Shown one piece after another: positions 51,320 through 61,134 of a stretch of DNA of 64,000 nucleotides. Source of the stretch: Desulfatiglandales bacterium (GTDB lineage: Bacteria > Desulfobacterota > DSM-4660 > Desulfatiglandales > HGW-15); assembly GCA_963667015.2 (NCBI GenBank), contig CAXXJJ010000004.1, forward strand, positions 2,080,001 to 2,144,000, read 5' to 3'. Position 1 is the first letter of the stretch, and each line of letters opens with the position of its first letter. A program made the translations under genes and the position numbers. The notes under the pieces are model-generated. The model saw nothing but the letters and a program-made list of their open reading frames with translations. It had not been told where the DNA came from and made no database searches.

Positions 51320-52633
51320 ATGAAGATAAAGGCAAAAAGCAAAGAAGGGTTTTACGGCTGGATTAATCTTGCTGTATTATTCCCTTTTAATATGGTTTCA
51401 GGAGCACTGTTAATAACATTTGGTATTTTCCTACCCTTCTGGGCCGAAGATTTCGGGTGGAGCCTTTTTGTGATTTCGGGCGCCCAGTTAACAAGTAACG
51501 TATTAATAGGCGTGGTTGCGCCTGTTGTAGGATTTTTTATTATGAGGTGGGGCGGTAAAAAAGCTATTATTACAGGAAATCTTATAAATACAACCGGGCT
51601 TATTCTGTTGGCGCATTTTCATGAAGTATGGCAGCTTTATCTCGGTTACGGGATTATAATAGGCACAGGGTTCAGCCTCGGCGGGATGCTTGCCATGAAT
51701 ACGATCATCAACAAGTGGTTTGTGAAGAAACTCTCTGTAGCGGTAGGGATAGCAACGGCAGCAACTGGAATCACCGGGGTTCTTATAGCCCCTCTTCTGC
51801 TCCACCTCATCAATATCATAGGCTGGAGGCATACATTCCTGGTATTTGCAGGACTCATAATGTTTTTTTGTGTCATTCTACCTGCACTTTTTGTAGTGGA
51901 CAAACCGGGCGATCTCGGACAGGTACCTGATGGTCCCCGTTCAAAACAAGCTGAAATATCATCAAATAAGACCAATAAAAAAGCTAACTACCGAACGCCT
52001 GTGGATTTTACGGCAAAAGAGGCCTTCAGGACCAGGGCACTCTGGATGCTGTTGATCTTTTATACACTCCAGTATTTCACCATGAACTGGATTGTTGCAC
52101 ACCAGGTAAAATACATGTTTGATATAGGCGTATCATCGGGCATGACAGGTTTAGTAATAGGAATAATGTCAACAGTCATGACAATAGCCCAGGTTTCGGC
52201 CGGTATACTGGCAGTTCGAATAAGTATGCAGTACATAACACTGGGTTCTATCTCGATATTGATTTTAGGCCTCATAATTGCACCTTTTGCCGGTTCATTT
52301 TCAGGTGCGGTTCTTTATTCCATATTCTTCGGAATCGGTTTTGGCGTAAACGTACTTGTCCTTGTGAATTTATTGCCTTCATATTTCGGAGTATCGGAAT
52401 ACCCCAAAATAATGGGTTATATAACACCCTTTTATACTATCCTGGGCAGCCTGGGAACTCTCCTGGCAGGACATATTCGTGATATAACGGGCAGTTATAT
52501 GCATGCATTCCAGATATCGGTTCTTGCTATGGCAATCGCATTTATCTGTATTATATTTGCAAAGCCGCCTGTGCATCCTTCCCTGGTAAAGGATGGTGCG
52601 GCCTTAAAAAGAAAGGTAAAGCAGTTCGTATAA
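51320..52633 (+). CDS. MFS transporter (MCT/OFA-like)
   Basis: About 12 hydrophobic helices; FYGW N-terminus, KWFVKK, DLGQVPDG, YFG..EYPKIMG. Confidence 0.88.
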   Translation: MKIKAKSKEGFYGWINLAVLFPFNMVSGALLITFGIFLPFWAEDFGWSLFVISGAQLTSNVLIGVVAPVVGFFIMRWGGKKAIITGNLINTTGLILLAHFHEVWQLYLGYGIIIGTGFSLGGMLAMNTIINKWFVKKLSVAVGIATAATGITGVLIAPLLLHLINIIGWRHTFLVFAGLIMFFCVILPALFVVDKPGDLGQVPDGPRSKQAEISSNKTNKKANYRTPVDFTAKEAFRTRALWMLLIFYTLQYFTMNWIVAHQVKYMFDIGVSSGMTGLVIGIMSTVMTIAQVSAGILAVRISMQYITLGSISILILGLIIAPFAGSFSGAVLYSIFFGIGFGVNVLVLVNLLPSYFGVSEYPKIMGYITPFYTILGSLGTLLAGHIRDITGSYMHAFQISVLAMAIAFICIIFAKPPVHPSLVKDGAALKRKVKQFV

Positions 52634-52654
52634 CAGGCAGATTCCAATGATAGT

Positions 52655-52737
52655 GCAGAGGCAGACCTGTGTGTCTGCCTTTTTTTTGTTCCTTGTATTT
52701 TAAACACACAAGGGCAGGCACAGGAGCCCGCTCCTAC
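52655..52737. repeat. inverted pair of GTAG-type REP-like palindromes
   Basis: GCAGAGGCAGACCTGTGTGTCTGCCT (+) and GTAGGAGCGGGCTCCTGTGCCTGCCC (-). Confidence 0.6.
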
Positions 52738-52897
52738 GCTGCATTATATAATCATGTCCCAATTCAGGACAGATCACAATCCATGCAGGGGCGCCTGATT
52801 TTTGTATTCCGGATTTGACATGTCTGTTTGATTTTCTCTGCCAAATAAAATATAAATCTCCCATCAAAACACATTAAAACAGAACAGGGACAAGGGA

Positions 52898-53590
52898 ATG
52901 ACAGACAATAAAAAGGCAGTAATACTATCTAGTGGAGGCGTCGACTCCACAACCGTAATGGCGATTGCAAAGAGTGAAGGCTTTTCCTTATACAGCCTTT
53001 CATTCAATTACGGCCAGAGGCATTCCTTTGAACTTGAATCCGCACGCAGGGTCTCAGAGTTTTTCAATGTAAAAGAGCACATGATAATTGATATCAATCT
53101 CCGGCAGATAGGCGGATCTTCACTTACTGATAACATGGATGTACCCAAAGGTAGAGAAGAAGAGGAAATGGCAGGGGAAATACCTGTCACCTATGTCCCT
53201 GCAAGAAACACCATTTTCCTGTCATATGCCCTTGCCTGGGCAGAGGTCCTGGAATGCGGGGATATATTTATAGGAGTAAATGCGGTTGACTACAGCGGAT
53301 ACCCTGACTGCCGGCCCGAGTATATAGAGGCATTTGAGAAGATGGCAAACCTTGCCACAAAGGCAGGAGTGGAAAACCGCACAAAACTTAAAATTCATAC
53401 GCCCCTGATAAAGATGACCAAGGCAGAGATAATCGAATGCGGCAATAAACTGGGAGTTGATTACTCAATGACCCACAGCTGTTACGATCCATCACCCGAA
53501 GGTTACGCCTGCGGTTCATGTGACAGCTGCATCTTGAGAAGAAAAGGCTTTACTGAATCAGGAGTGCCAGACCCTACCAAATATATGTAA
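52898..53590 (+). CDS. queC: 7-cyano-7-deazaguanine synthase
   Basis: [33 protein letters not shown]...CGSCDSC. Confidence 0.96.
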   Translation: MTDNKKAVILSSGGVDSTTVMAIAKSEGFSLYSLSFNYGQRHSFELESARRVSEFFNVKEHMIIDINLRQIGGSSLTDNMDVPKGREEEEMAGEIPVTYVPARNTIFLSYALAWAEVLECGDIFIGVNAVDYSGYPDCRPEYIEAFEKMANLATKAGVENRTKLKIHTPLIKMTKAEIIECGNKLGVDYSMTHSCYDPSPEGYACGSCDSCILRRKGFTESGVPDPTKYM

Positions 53591-53695
53591 ACATATGGCA
53601 GGGCATTCCTTCAAATCATTCAGGCCAATAGCTTCATTAAATAAAAGATAATTAAGTCTTGATTTATCTCTTTTTTAGAGATAATATGTCCTACT

Positions 53696-54991
53696 ATGAA
53701 AGAACAAATATCAAAATTAATTGATGATTTTCATGAACGGGATATTCCTTCAGCAATAACTCGAAATGAAAATTTCAATGATATGAAGGGAAAAGCTGAT
53801 ACTGTTATTGGCATGAGGAGATCCGGCAAGACTTACTTTTGCTATCAAAAAATTCATGAGCTCATCTCTGCCGGCATTTCCAGGGAGAAGATTACTTATA
53901 TTAACTTCGAAGATGATCGGTTGCTTGATTTTAAGGTTAATGACTTTAACACTATTCTTGATGTCTATTTCAGCAAATATCCTGAGCATCGCAACTCCAA
54001 ATGCTATTTTTTCTTCGATGAAATTCAGAGGATAGAACAATGGGAGATGTTTATCAGGCGGTTGCTTGATACCGAAAATGTTCAGATCTATATAACCGGC
54101 TCTTCTTCAAAACTACTCAGCACTGATATTGCCACAAGCCTGCGGGGCCGTTCTCTTACTACTGAAATATTTCCTTTCAGTTTTATTGAGTTTATAAAAT
54201 TCCATGGATTATTTAAAACCCCACCCGATAAATTTGGGACCAGGACTATTTCTACCCTTCGTAAAGCAATCATGGATTACATTGAAACAGGCGGTTTTCC
54301 GGAAGTTCAGACAACGGATAAGAATCTGAGAATTGAAATATTGCAGGGATATATTGATTCTGTATTATTAAAAGATGTTATTGAACGACATAAAGTCAGC
54401 AATGTAACAGCACTTAAACATCTTGTTAAAACTATTATGAGTTCACCGTGTGGTAAATTCAGCATTAACAAATTCTATAATCATCTGAAAAGCATGTCGG
54501 TTAAATGTACGAAAAACAATCTGTATGAATACCTTAATCACCTTATCGATGCTTTTTTATTTTACAGAGTACCAATACACAGTCGATCTGAAAAAGCACG
54601 TTTAATTAATCCGGCAAAGATTTATACCATTGACACAGGCCTGCTCAAGGCCATGTCTTTTCGAAACACATCCGATTATGGGCCGTTACTGGAAAATATA
54701 GTTTTCATGCACCTTCGCCGTAATGGATATGATATTGAATACATAAATACAAAAGATGGATATGAAACTGATTTTTTTGCCAGGCATAAAGTGACGGATA
54801 GAATCGAACTTATTCAGGTTTGCTGGGATAGTTCAAATGTAAAAACCTTCGCCAGAGAGGTCCGTGGGCTTAAAAGCGCAATGGAAGAATTTTCAATAAA
54901 AGCAGGGACAATAGTAACATTGGATGATGAGGAATCTTTGGACGAAAATATTAATGTAATACCGGCCTGGAAATGGCTGCTTAAAAATTGA
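53696..54991 (+). CDS. AAA+ ATPase with C-terminal DUF4143-type domain
   Basis: GMRRSGKT, FFDEIQ, ITGSSS, LRGR, GGFPE, KIYTIDTGL, LENIV, ETDF, IQV. Confidence 0.9.
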   Translation: MKEQISKLIDDFHERDIPSAITRNENFNDMKGKADTVIGMRRSGKTYFCYQKIHELISAGISREKITYINFEDDRLLDFKVNDFNTILDVYFSKYPEHRNSKCYFFFDEIQRIEQWEMFIRRLLDTENVQIYITGSSSKLLSTDIATSLRGRSLTTEIFPFSFIEFIKFHGLFKTPPDKFGTRTISTLRKAIMDYIETGGFPEVQTTDKNLRIEILQGYIDSVLLKDVIERHKVSNVTALKHLVKTIMSSPCGKFSINKFYNHLKSMSVKCTKNNLYEYLNHLIDAFLFYRVPIHSRSEKARLINPAKIYTIDTGLLKAMSFRNTSDYGPLLENIVFMHLRRNGYDIEYINTKDGYETDFFARHKVTDRIELIQVCWDSSNVKTFAREVRGLKSAMEEFSIKAGTIVTLDDEESLDENINVIPAWKWLLKN

Positions 54992-55020
54992 TAGTCAATC
55001 ATGGAATATTATATATAAAA

Positions 55021-55062
55021 ATAATTAAACAGGGTATGGATATTCATACCCTGTTTAATTAT
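55021..55062. terminator. hairpin between convergent genes (possible bidirectional terminator)
   Basis: ATAATTAAACAGGGTATG...CATACCCTGTTTAATTAT. Confidence 0.7.
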
Positions 55063-55090
55063 TCAGCCCTGTTATTTACCTCCCCTTCCC

Positions 55091-56323
55091 TTAGCGGACA
55101 ATTGAAATACCTATCCGCAATGCCTGGGTACGCTCTTTATAATTGATCAGGCTCTCAGCCAGCGAATTGCTGTACTGTACATATAGGAACAGATCCAAGT
55201 TGTTCTTCAGCAATTTGGAAATAGGGTAGCTCAGATCGGTCTGGATTGAAGTACCCTGTTTTGCAACCTGCAGATGGGTGGTGCTTACAAACCCGCTCGC
55301 CTTACCGAACTTCACCTCAAAATCCACATTGCCCCTGTAACCATCAAGGTCAGGATTACTGTCTTCACTGTTATTGATATATGCAAGAAGTTTCGGGCTG
55401 ATTTGAAGTCCCAGCTCCGATTTTGCGCCGTAAAAAGTGAAGATCGGCTTAAAGTATAAGGTGTTGGTGCTTCGCGAAAACTCTTCTCCCCTGCCGTTTG
55501 ACTCATGCCTGAAACCGCCCTGGAAAAATAGCCCCTTCAGCCATCCCGGACGAGTTACCCAGTTTCGGGTCAGGTAAAACATTTCGGGTTTGTAGCTTGT
55601 ATCCTCAAATGGGGCGGAGTCGGAAGCAAGATCCCAGAATGATGTCTGGGTGAATGCGAAATTAAATCCGCTTAATGCCGGAAACCGCTGGGACAGGGAG
55701 CCTGCCGGGTTGAAGAGACGGTATCTGAAACTGATCTGAAACTTGCTTTCAGATAAATCTGTGCCGGCCAGAAAATACAGCGGTTCATAAACAGAAAAAT
55801 TTACCACATATGGCTGATAGAGCGAATGCAGGCTTTCAAGAGAAGGGTAATCATCATTACCGTCCGCTGCGGGTCCGGCCAGCAATCTTTTGGAGGCAGG
55901 TTCTTCATCAAGAATGTTGATCAGCACCTCTGTTTCCGGGGAATCAACCAGAGAGATATCTATAGTTCCATGGTAATGAAGGGGAAGAACAATATTATAC
56001 TCCCTGGTTATAAACTCTCCTGCCCGCAATACAACATCCTGCGAAATACCGGTCTCAACTGCGGTCACCAGTATTGAGGTCCCGTCAGCGGCCTGAAAAC
56101 GCAGCGGCAAACTTTCCGGAAAAGTGAACTCAACCGTCTCCTGACTTTCGTTATAAAAATAGGCCTTTAATAGAACACGCTCCCCGGCCTTAATATTAAG
56201 CTCAGGGAAATGCAGCATAGTGGTCACACCATCAGCAGCGCTGCTGCTGGCGGCACAAAACAGCATTATAAGTGTCAATAGCATTGTAGAAATAATCCGC
56301 AGGGGAAAAACATCACATCTCAT
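55091..56323 (-). CDS. pldA: outer membrane phospholipase A with N-terminal extension
   Basis: KFQISF, FTQTSFW, SAPFEDTSYKPE, HESNG catalytic motif, ESLINY; ATG 56323 after GAGG. Confidence 0.85.
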   Translation of the reverse strand: MRCDVFPLRIISTMLLTLIMLFCAASSSAADGVTTMLHFPELNIKAGERVLLKAYFYNESQETVEFTFPESLPLRFQAADGTSILVTAVETGISQDVVLRAGEFITREYNIVLPLHYHGTIDISLVDSPETEVLINILDEEPASKRLLAGPAADGNDDYPSLESLHSLYQPYVVNFSVYEPLYFLAGTDLSESKFQISFRYRLFNPAGSLSQRFPALSGFNFAFTQTSFWDLASDSAPFEDTSYKPEMFYLTRNWVTRPGWLKGLFFQGGFRHESNGRGEEFSRSTNTLYFKPIFTFYGAKSELGLQISPKLLAYINNSEDSNPDLDGYRGNVDFEVKFGKASGFVSTTHLQVAKQGTSIQTDLSYPISKLLKNNLDLFLYVQYSNSLAESLINYKERTQALRIGISIVR

Positions 56324-56792
56324 AATCAACCTCTTGTAAAAATCCATAAAGAATCTGAAGTGTTCTCGTTCTAATTTGTTAAATTTCATCAACAGAAAAC
56401 CATTCATTACGGGCTCTAAGCAGACTGTCTGGTGAAAAAGATCATAATATTACCTTAATTAACATGAGTTTTACATACATAAAAACCCTACTTTAACCGG
56501 TATCTCGTTGTTTAAAACCCGAACCGGAAAGCAAGTTTTCTTTCTGATATTTGTTTACTGATAGCAGAAAAACCCCTCCTCTCTTTTCCCGTTCATTGTT
56601 TATTGTTAATTGCTCAATGTGTATTGACATCATTTTCCATATTATCAATAATGCCCCTGTCTCACCAAAGGCTTTACCTTTATATTATTGTCTTACATAT
56701 AATTTTTTCACTGTGATAGTTAATAAGGTATTATTGGACCTTTTTAACGTTTGGCCGTTGTTTTAGCTTTGCAAAATGCTTGAGATATCCAA

Positions 56793-56810
56793 TGCACAAA
56801 AAAATGTGCA
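56793..56810. promoter_or_regulatory. single perfect copy of the TGCACA-N6-TGTGCA palindrome
   Basis: TGCACAAAAAAATGTGCA. Confidence 0.5.
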
Positions 56811-56975
56811 GGCAGTCTGAAAAATCAAATCAGGCGGCACAATAATCAATTTATTCATATGTTTAATTTGTATTATTTGGACATATTTAGTTAATTATTC
56901 GATGTTAGCACGATTCGTGTTTTACCCTATTAGACCCGAATCGGGCTAATACCTGTTATGAAAGGAGAATAGATC

Positions 56976-57263
56976 ATGTTTGGCATTAGCATACCAGAGC
57001 TTATCCTTTCTTTTTTAATAATTTGGGGAATACCTGGGACGATTGGGGCATTAATTGCGAAAAATAAAGGACGAGATGCCGTAGGCTGGTTCATTTTGAG
57101 TGCTTTCTTTTGGTTGCCTATATTCATAGTTATTTTATTACCTCCTGCGAAAGAAGTACCCGGTAAATTAAGAGAATGTCCATCATGCAAGGAGTTCGTA
57201 AAATGGAATGCTATAATATGCAAACATTGCAAATCAGAATTAACACCAAAAGCAAATGTATAG
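56976..57263 (+). CDS. cassette-borne small membrane protein with zinc ribbon
   Basis: AAGGAG RBS; 2 TM helices; IAKNKGR; CPSC...CKHC. Confidence 0.85.
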   Translation: MFGISIPELILSFLIIWGIPGTIGALIAKNKGRDAVGWFILSAFFWLPIFIVILLPPAKEVPGKLRECPSCKEFVKWNAIICKHCKSELTPKANV

Positions 57264-57301
57264 CGTCGTGAGATTAAGCATTTAATAATTACCCAGATTT
57301 T

Positions 57302-57427
57302 TCATAACCAGGCAGTCAAGGCGACTGGCTACTATCTTGCCGGGCCGTACTCATAGCCTTCATGGACTATGTTCTTGTGCCAGCATTGTTGCCACAAATA
57401 CGCCAGCTCCTTACCGCCACGTTGGGT
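57302..57427 (+). mobile_element. attC recombination site (126 bp)
   Basis: R'' TCATAAC, GGCAGTCAAGGCGACTGGC...GCCAGCTCCTTACCGCC imperfect stem, R' GTTGGGT. Confidence 0.85.
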
Positions 57428-57437
57428 TTCTCGAAAA

Positions 57438-58379
57438 ATGAAAAAAGGACGATCTCTTGAAAAATTAGTTGCGTACCTTGAACGTTCTCTCTCCAGTAAC
57501 GATTCTGTTACTGTAGAGTCACCAAAACGTCTTCGAGATAAATCAACTGGTTATGGTAAAGTCTGGCAGGGATTTAAATGACAACTGCGATGGCCCGCAG
57601 GTGTTCCACGTTTGCGTGAACACGATGTTGTCTTAACAGTTATATCTGGACATCACACCTTTTTTATCGCGGTTGAACGTCGGGATAGAAATCGCCCTGT
57701 AGGGGTAACGCAACTAGAGGCTTTTACAAAAAAATGTCAAGAGACAGGAGTTGGCCAAGGGGTTATTGTATCACCTACCGGTTTCGCAAAAACTGCCCTA
57801 GTAAAAGCAAAAGCGCTAGGGATTCGCTGCCTCACTCTTGAGCAAGTCAATGTCTTACCATGGTTGCTATGCGAATATTTTGAATTATATAAAACTCAAT
57901 ACCTTCAATTTCATTTTGATGTAATTCCAGAAAACGATTTTGAGCAGAAACCTGTAAATTTTATCCTTGAAACAGACGAAGGTGAAAACATCACGGTAGA
58001 TATGTTAAGAAATAACTTGATTCAAGCTTTTAATAAAGAAAAACCAGAAGAATCTACAAAACCAAAGTTGGGAACATATACTCATCATGTAAATATTATT
58101 CCCCAAAATCTTTCCATTATTGATAGCGCTACTGGTCGGAAGGAGAGAGTCAAACAAATAAATACAACCTATAAATGTAAAACTGAATTAAAACAAATTC
58201 CTCTTGTACTACAGGAGTATAGAGATGTTGGAGACCCTGAGTCTATAGCTCAAATTGCATCAGTAGATCTTGACCTTGGATTTACAAGCGGAAAATTCTT
58301 AATTAACCAAAAACTTGAAACAGGGGGTGAAATAGTTTTTATCCCAAATGATAAAAAGAAACCCAACAAGCCCAATTAA
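57438..58379 (+). pseudogene. restriction endonuclease-like (Mrr-type PD-(D/E)xK) cassette gene interrupted by a 57-bp in-frame segment containing TGA
   Basis: MKKGRSLEKLVAYLE...RLRDKSTG [insert] RLREHDV...AVERRDRNRPVG...GVIVSPTGF; both ORF-track pieces are in the same frame. Confidence 0.75.
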
Positions 58380-58428
58380 CACGGATCTGGCGAAAAACTT
58401 GCCAGCCCGGTTATTGGCAACGTTGGAT
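58361..58428 (+). mobile_element. attC recombination site (68 bp)
   Basis: R'' ACCCAAC, CCAATTAAC...CTGGC/GCCAG...GTTATTGG stem with extra base, R' GTTGGAT. Confidence 0.88.
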
Positions 58429-58513
58429 GGACGCCTTCGTGGTATAGAATAGTATCTACTTAAATAAGTCGAACAAAGAGAATTGAACAGCAGTTAACTC
58501 AAAAATCGGTTAT

Positions 58514-58696
58514 ATGCCTGGGCTATTTAAAGGGATTGGAAATAAAGATATCGTTGACAAATTATATGTACAGGTTATTAAAAAAAATAGTCCCGCTCCA
58601 GTGAATCTATTCAGATTTGTAGGTGATCCGGGATATGATAATAATGTTGGGGAAAAATTATTTGATATAGAAGGAATGCAATATGAGAAAGCATAA
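58514..58696 (+). CDS. hypothetical protein or gene fragment
   Basis: 60-aa ORF downstream of the second attC; no recognisable motif. Confidence 0.3.
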   Translation: MPGLFKGIGNKDIVDKLYVQVIKKNSPAPVNLFRFVGDPGYDNNVGEKLFDIEGMQYEKA

Positions 58697-58740
58697 GTTA
58701 CGCAGAGCTGGTTTCAAATACAACCGGAGCTATTTAATAA

Positions 58741-59223
58741 ATGAAATACGATATTGTTAGAATTCAACCTGAGCACGATGATGCTGTCTGCCGGATTATA
58801 AAAAAGGTTGGAAAAGAATTTGGGGCAATTGGTGATGGTTTTGGCCCTTCGGATGAAGAAGTACTCTCGATGAGTAAATATTATAATGAGGATAACAAAA
58901 GCGTCTATTTAGTTGCCATTATAGAGGGAAGCGTCGCTGGCGGTTGCGGGATTGCGCCATTTAACAACAGTCTCGATGTGTGTGAATTACGCAAACTGTT
59001 TTTACTTCCGGAAAACCGCGGGTCTGGTATTGGAAAAGATTTGACACTAAAGTGTTTGAGCTTTGCCCGGTCAAATGGATTCACACAATGCTACCTGGAC
59101 ACGCTGTCAAATATGAAGGCAGCAATAGCATTGTATGAAAACCTTGGTTTTAGACACCTGGATGAACCACTTGGCGGGACAATACATGGCGGCTGTAATG
59201 TGTGGATGTTAAAAAAACTGTAG
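58741..59223 (+). CDS. GNAT family N-acetyltransferase (YjgM-like)
   Basis: GGCGIAP, CELRKLFLLPENRGSGIG, YLDTLSNMKAAIALYENLGF. Confidence 0.92.
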   Translation: MKYDIVRIQPEHDDAVCRIIKKVGKEFGAIGDGFGPSDEEVLSMSKYYNEDNKSVYLVAIIEGSVAGGCGIAPFNNSLDVCELRKLFLLPENRGSGIGKDLTLKCLSFARSNGFTQCYLDTLSNMKAAIALYENLGFRHLDEPLGGTIHGGCNVWMLKKL

Positions 59224-59241
59224 AATTAAATAAAATATACT

Positions 59242-59394
59242 GTGCCCGAACACCAATACTTTTTAGAAACAAATCGGTTGCTCTTTAGAACGTGGACCAG
59301 AGAGGACTTAAATTTAGCTCTTGGTCTATGGGGGGATATCGAGGTAACCAGACTGTTCGACAACAGAGGGCAATTGAACGAAGAACAGGTTTGA
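59242..59394 (+). pseudogene. truncated RimJ/RimL-type GNAT acetyltransferase (N-terminal fragment)
   Basis: GTG-PEHQYFLETNRLLFRTWTREDLNLALGLWGDIEVTRLF...EEQV*; only the ET.RL..R N-terminal motif survives. Confidence 0.7.
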
Positions 59395-59457
59395 TGCATC
59401 CATCATATAAATTGAGTGAGGTATAATAAAAACCTCTTACCAATAGGGAGAAGACCA

Positions 59458-60465
59458 ATGCTGGAGAATAATATTGTCCTTATAATTACAATCCTTGCAA
59501 GCGTCATATCACTTTTGGCCTCCATGTATGACAAAATTGCAAAAAAAAAGAACCTGAGATTGATTCTCGTCTCAATGTTTGTATTATTTTTTCTGGCAAC
59601 CGCAAAACTGGTCATTGACGATATCCAGAAAAAGAACAGTGCCGCACTTAAAAAAGAAATTGAAACAAGAAGAGATATGGTCGCAGAGGAGATCCGGAGC
59701 AATGTACAGGCTGGTCTTGAAGTAAGTCTTGAGGGATTAAACATCTCCAGAAAAGCAGTTAACCTTCTTGAGGAACTGAAACCTCAATTATCCGGAAAAT
59801 CAATAGACACCATCGGGGTAAAACTCACCGGAATCGGTACAGAAGAGATACATATCTTTCAGAAGGGAAATGCCAGGCAGTTGAGACCCTTTGTCAGCGG
59901 GATAGCAAACCTCCTTAATGAAGACTCGGGCACCCTGCCCGCCATCTCCCTGACCCTCAATGCAGAAAGGCACTACATCCCCGGCATGATCATGGCCTAT
60001 ACACTGGCTACAGGCACAAATGTGAATAAAATCTTTGAAGCGCTGGATAGCGGATCCGAAAAATGGAAAACCTTTCCTTCGGATGCGTTTATCAGGGATT
60101 ATGGTCCGGTTGAGCCGCTTGTAAAATATGTTATTTTCTATAGCGGTGATGAAAATGAACTGCTCGGATTTGCCGAGGCATCCATGTTTATTAAAGAGAT
60201 GCTTCTGTACAATCAGATGGGGATGTATCCAAAGATTGAGGAGATCCTGAACACGCCGGGTATGGCAACCAGGGAAACCCTTGGCATATATTTCAATTCA
60301 TTCAAACCGGATGTCCTGACAGCAGATGATGCCTATGCCGCGGCTAAGGGTATGATAGAAAAGAATATCAACGAGTCAATCGCTGAGTATGGCGATCATT
60401 TCTGGCTTATTAATCTTTCAAGGGTGGTCGAACTGGTTTCGGCAAATGAGGGGGTTGAGTCATAA
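59458..60465 (+). CDS. hypothetical membrane-anchored protein
   Basis: Two N-terminal TM helices, coiled segment, soluble domain; AGGGAG RBS. Confidence 0.75.
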   Translation: MLENNIVLIITILASVISLLASMYDKIAKKKNLRLILVSMFVLFFLATAKLVIDDIQKKNSAALKKEIETRRDMVAEEIRSNVQAGLEVSLEGLNISRKAVNLLEELKPQLSGKSIDTIGVKLTGIGTEEIHIFQKGNARQLRPFVSGIANLLNEDSGTLPAISLTLNAERHYIPGMIMAYTLATGTNVNKIFEALDSGSEKWKTFPSDAFIRDYGPVEPLVKYVIFYSGDENELLGFAEASMFIKEMLLYNQMGMYPKIEEILNTPGMATRETLGIYFNSFKPDVLTADDAYAAAKGMIEKNINESIAEYGDHFWLINLSRVVELVSANEGVES

Positions 60466-60519
60466 CAGCTTCTGTCTTAAACCTTTGCCTGAGGAAACCT
60501 AATATCATGGAGCAGGCTT

Positions 60520-61134
60520 ATGTCTTTAGATCATGAAAAACCTTTGGAGACATGCGAATCAGAATCCTGTGATGATTGCGCAATCCATGACAGGGTCCAT
60601 TGTCATTTCAGCTTAAAGGACTGGCTGTACTTTCTGCTCATTTCATTTCCTTCTTTTATACTTGGCAGTGTCGGTATCTATCACCTGAACGGCTGGCTGA
60701 TGATACCCTGGATAGTAATTATAATTACCTTTTTCGGGTTCATAGAGATCCGTGTCATGTGTTCCCACTGCCCCCACTATGCCGAACCTTTTACATCACT
60801 TAAATGCCGGGCAAATTACGGCTCTCCCAAACTGTGGAAATACAGGCCCGGCCCCATGACAGCGGGTGAAAAGGCTATCTTTTTTATCGGTTTTGTTGTT
60901 GTCTGGGGATACCCTGCACCGATACTGTTCTTCGGGGAACAATTTTTACTGTTACTCCTTTATTTCGCAGTAACAATAGGTTTTTTTATAATCCTCATTG
61001 TTTTCATGTGCTCGCAATGTATGAATTTTGCCTGTCCTCTTAATCGTGTTGATAAAAAAACGCGGGGTCAGTTTTTCGATAAAAATCCTGCTGTTGCAGA
61101 GGCATGGAAAAAACATGAAAAAGGAGACGAATAA
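60520..61134 (+). CDS. hypothetical Cys-rich 4-TM membrane protein
   Basis: CESESCDDC...HCHF, CSHCPHY...C, CSQCMNFACPLN flanking four TM helices. Confidence 0.8.
   Translation: MSLDHEKPLETCESESCDDCAIHDRVHCHFSLKDWLYFLLISFPSFILGSVGIYHLNGWLMIPWIVIIITFFGFIEIRVMCSHCPHYAEPFTSLKCRANYGSPKLWKYRPGPMTAGEKAIFFIGFVVVWGYPAPILFFGEQFLLLLLYFAVTIGFFIILIVFMCSQCMNFACPLNRVDKKTRGQFFDKNPAVAEAWKKHEKGDE

Larger units (their letters stand above)
56955..58428 (+). mobile_element. integron cassette array without integrase in the window (CALIN-like), at least two cassettes
   Basis: Cassette 1 runs GTTATGA (56955)...TCATAAC (57302); cassette 2 runs GTTGGGT (57421)...ACCCAAC (58361). Each core site is complementary to its own cassette's inverse core. 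Confidence 0.85.

Noticed and set aside
52740..52897. preQ1 riboswitch upstream of queC
   Set aside because: No GGUUC-loop hairpin with the A-rich 3' tail could be identified.
56408..56950. Integron integrase gene or remnant
   Set aside because: No tyrosine-recombinase motifs seen on either strand; the 71-aa ORF 56551-56766 looks non-coding.
57579..57600. Selenocysteine recoding of the in-frame TGA
   Set aside because: The TGA lies within an apparent insertion, not at a conserved Cys position; the hairpin is short and only 3 nt from the codon; nucleases are not known selenoproteins.
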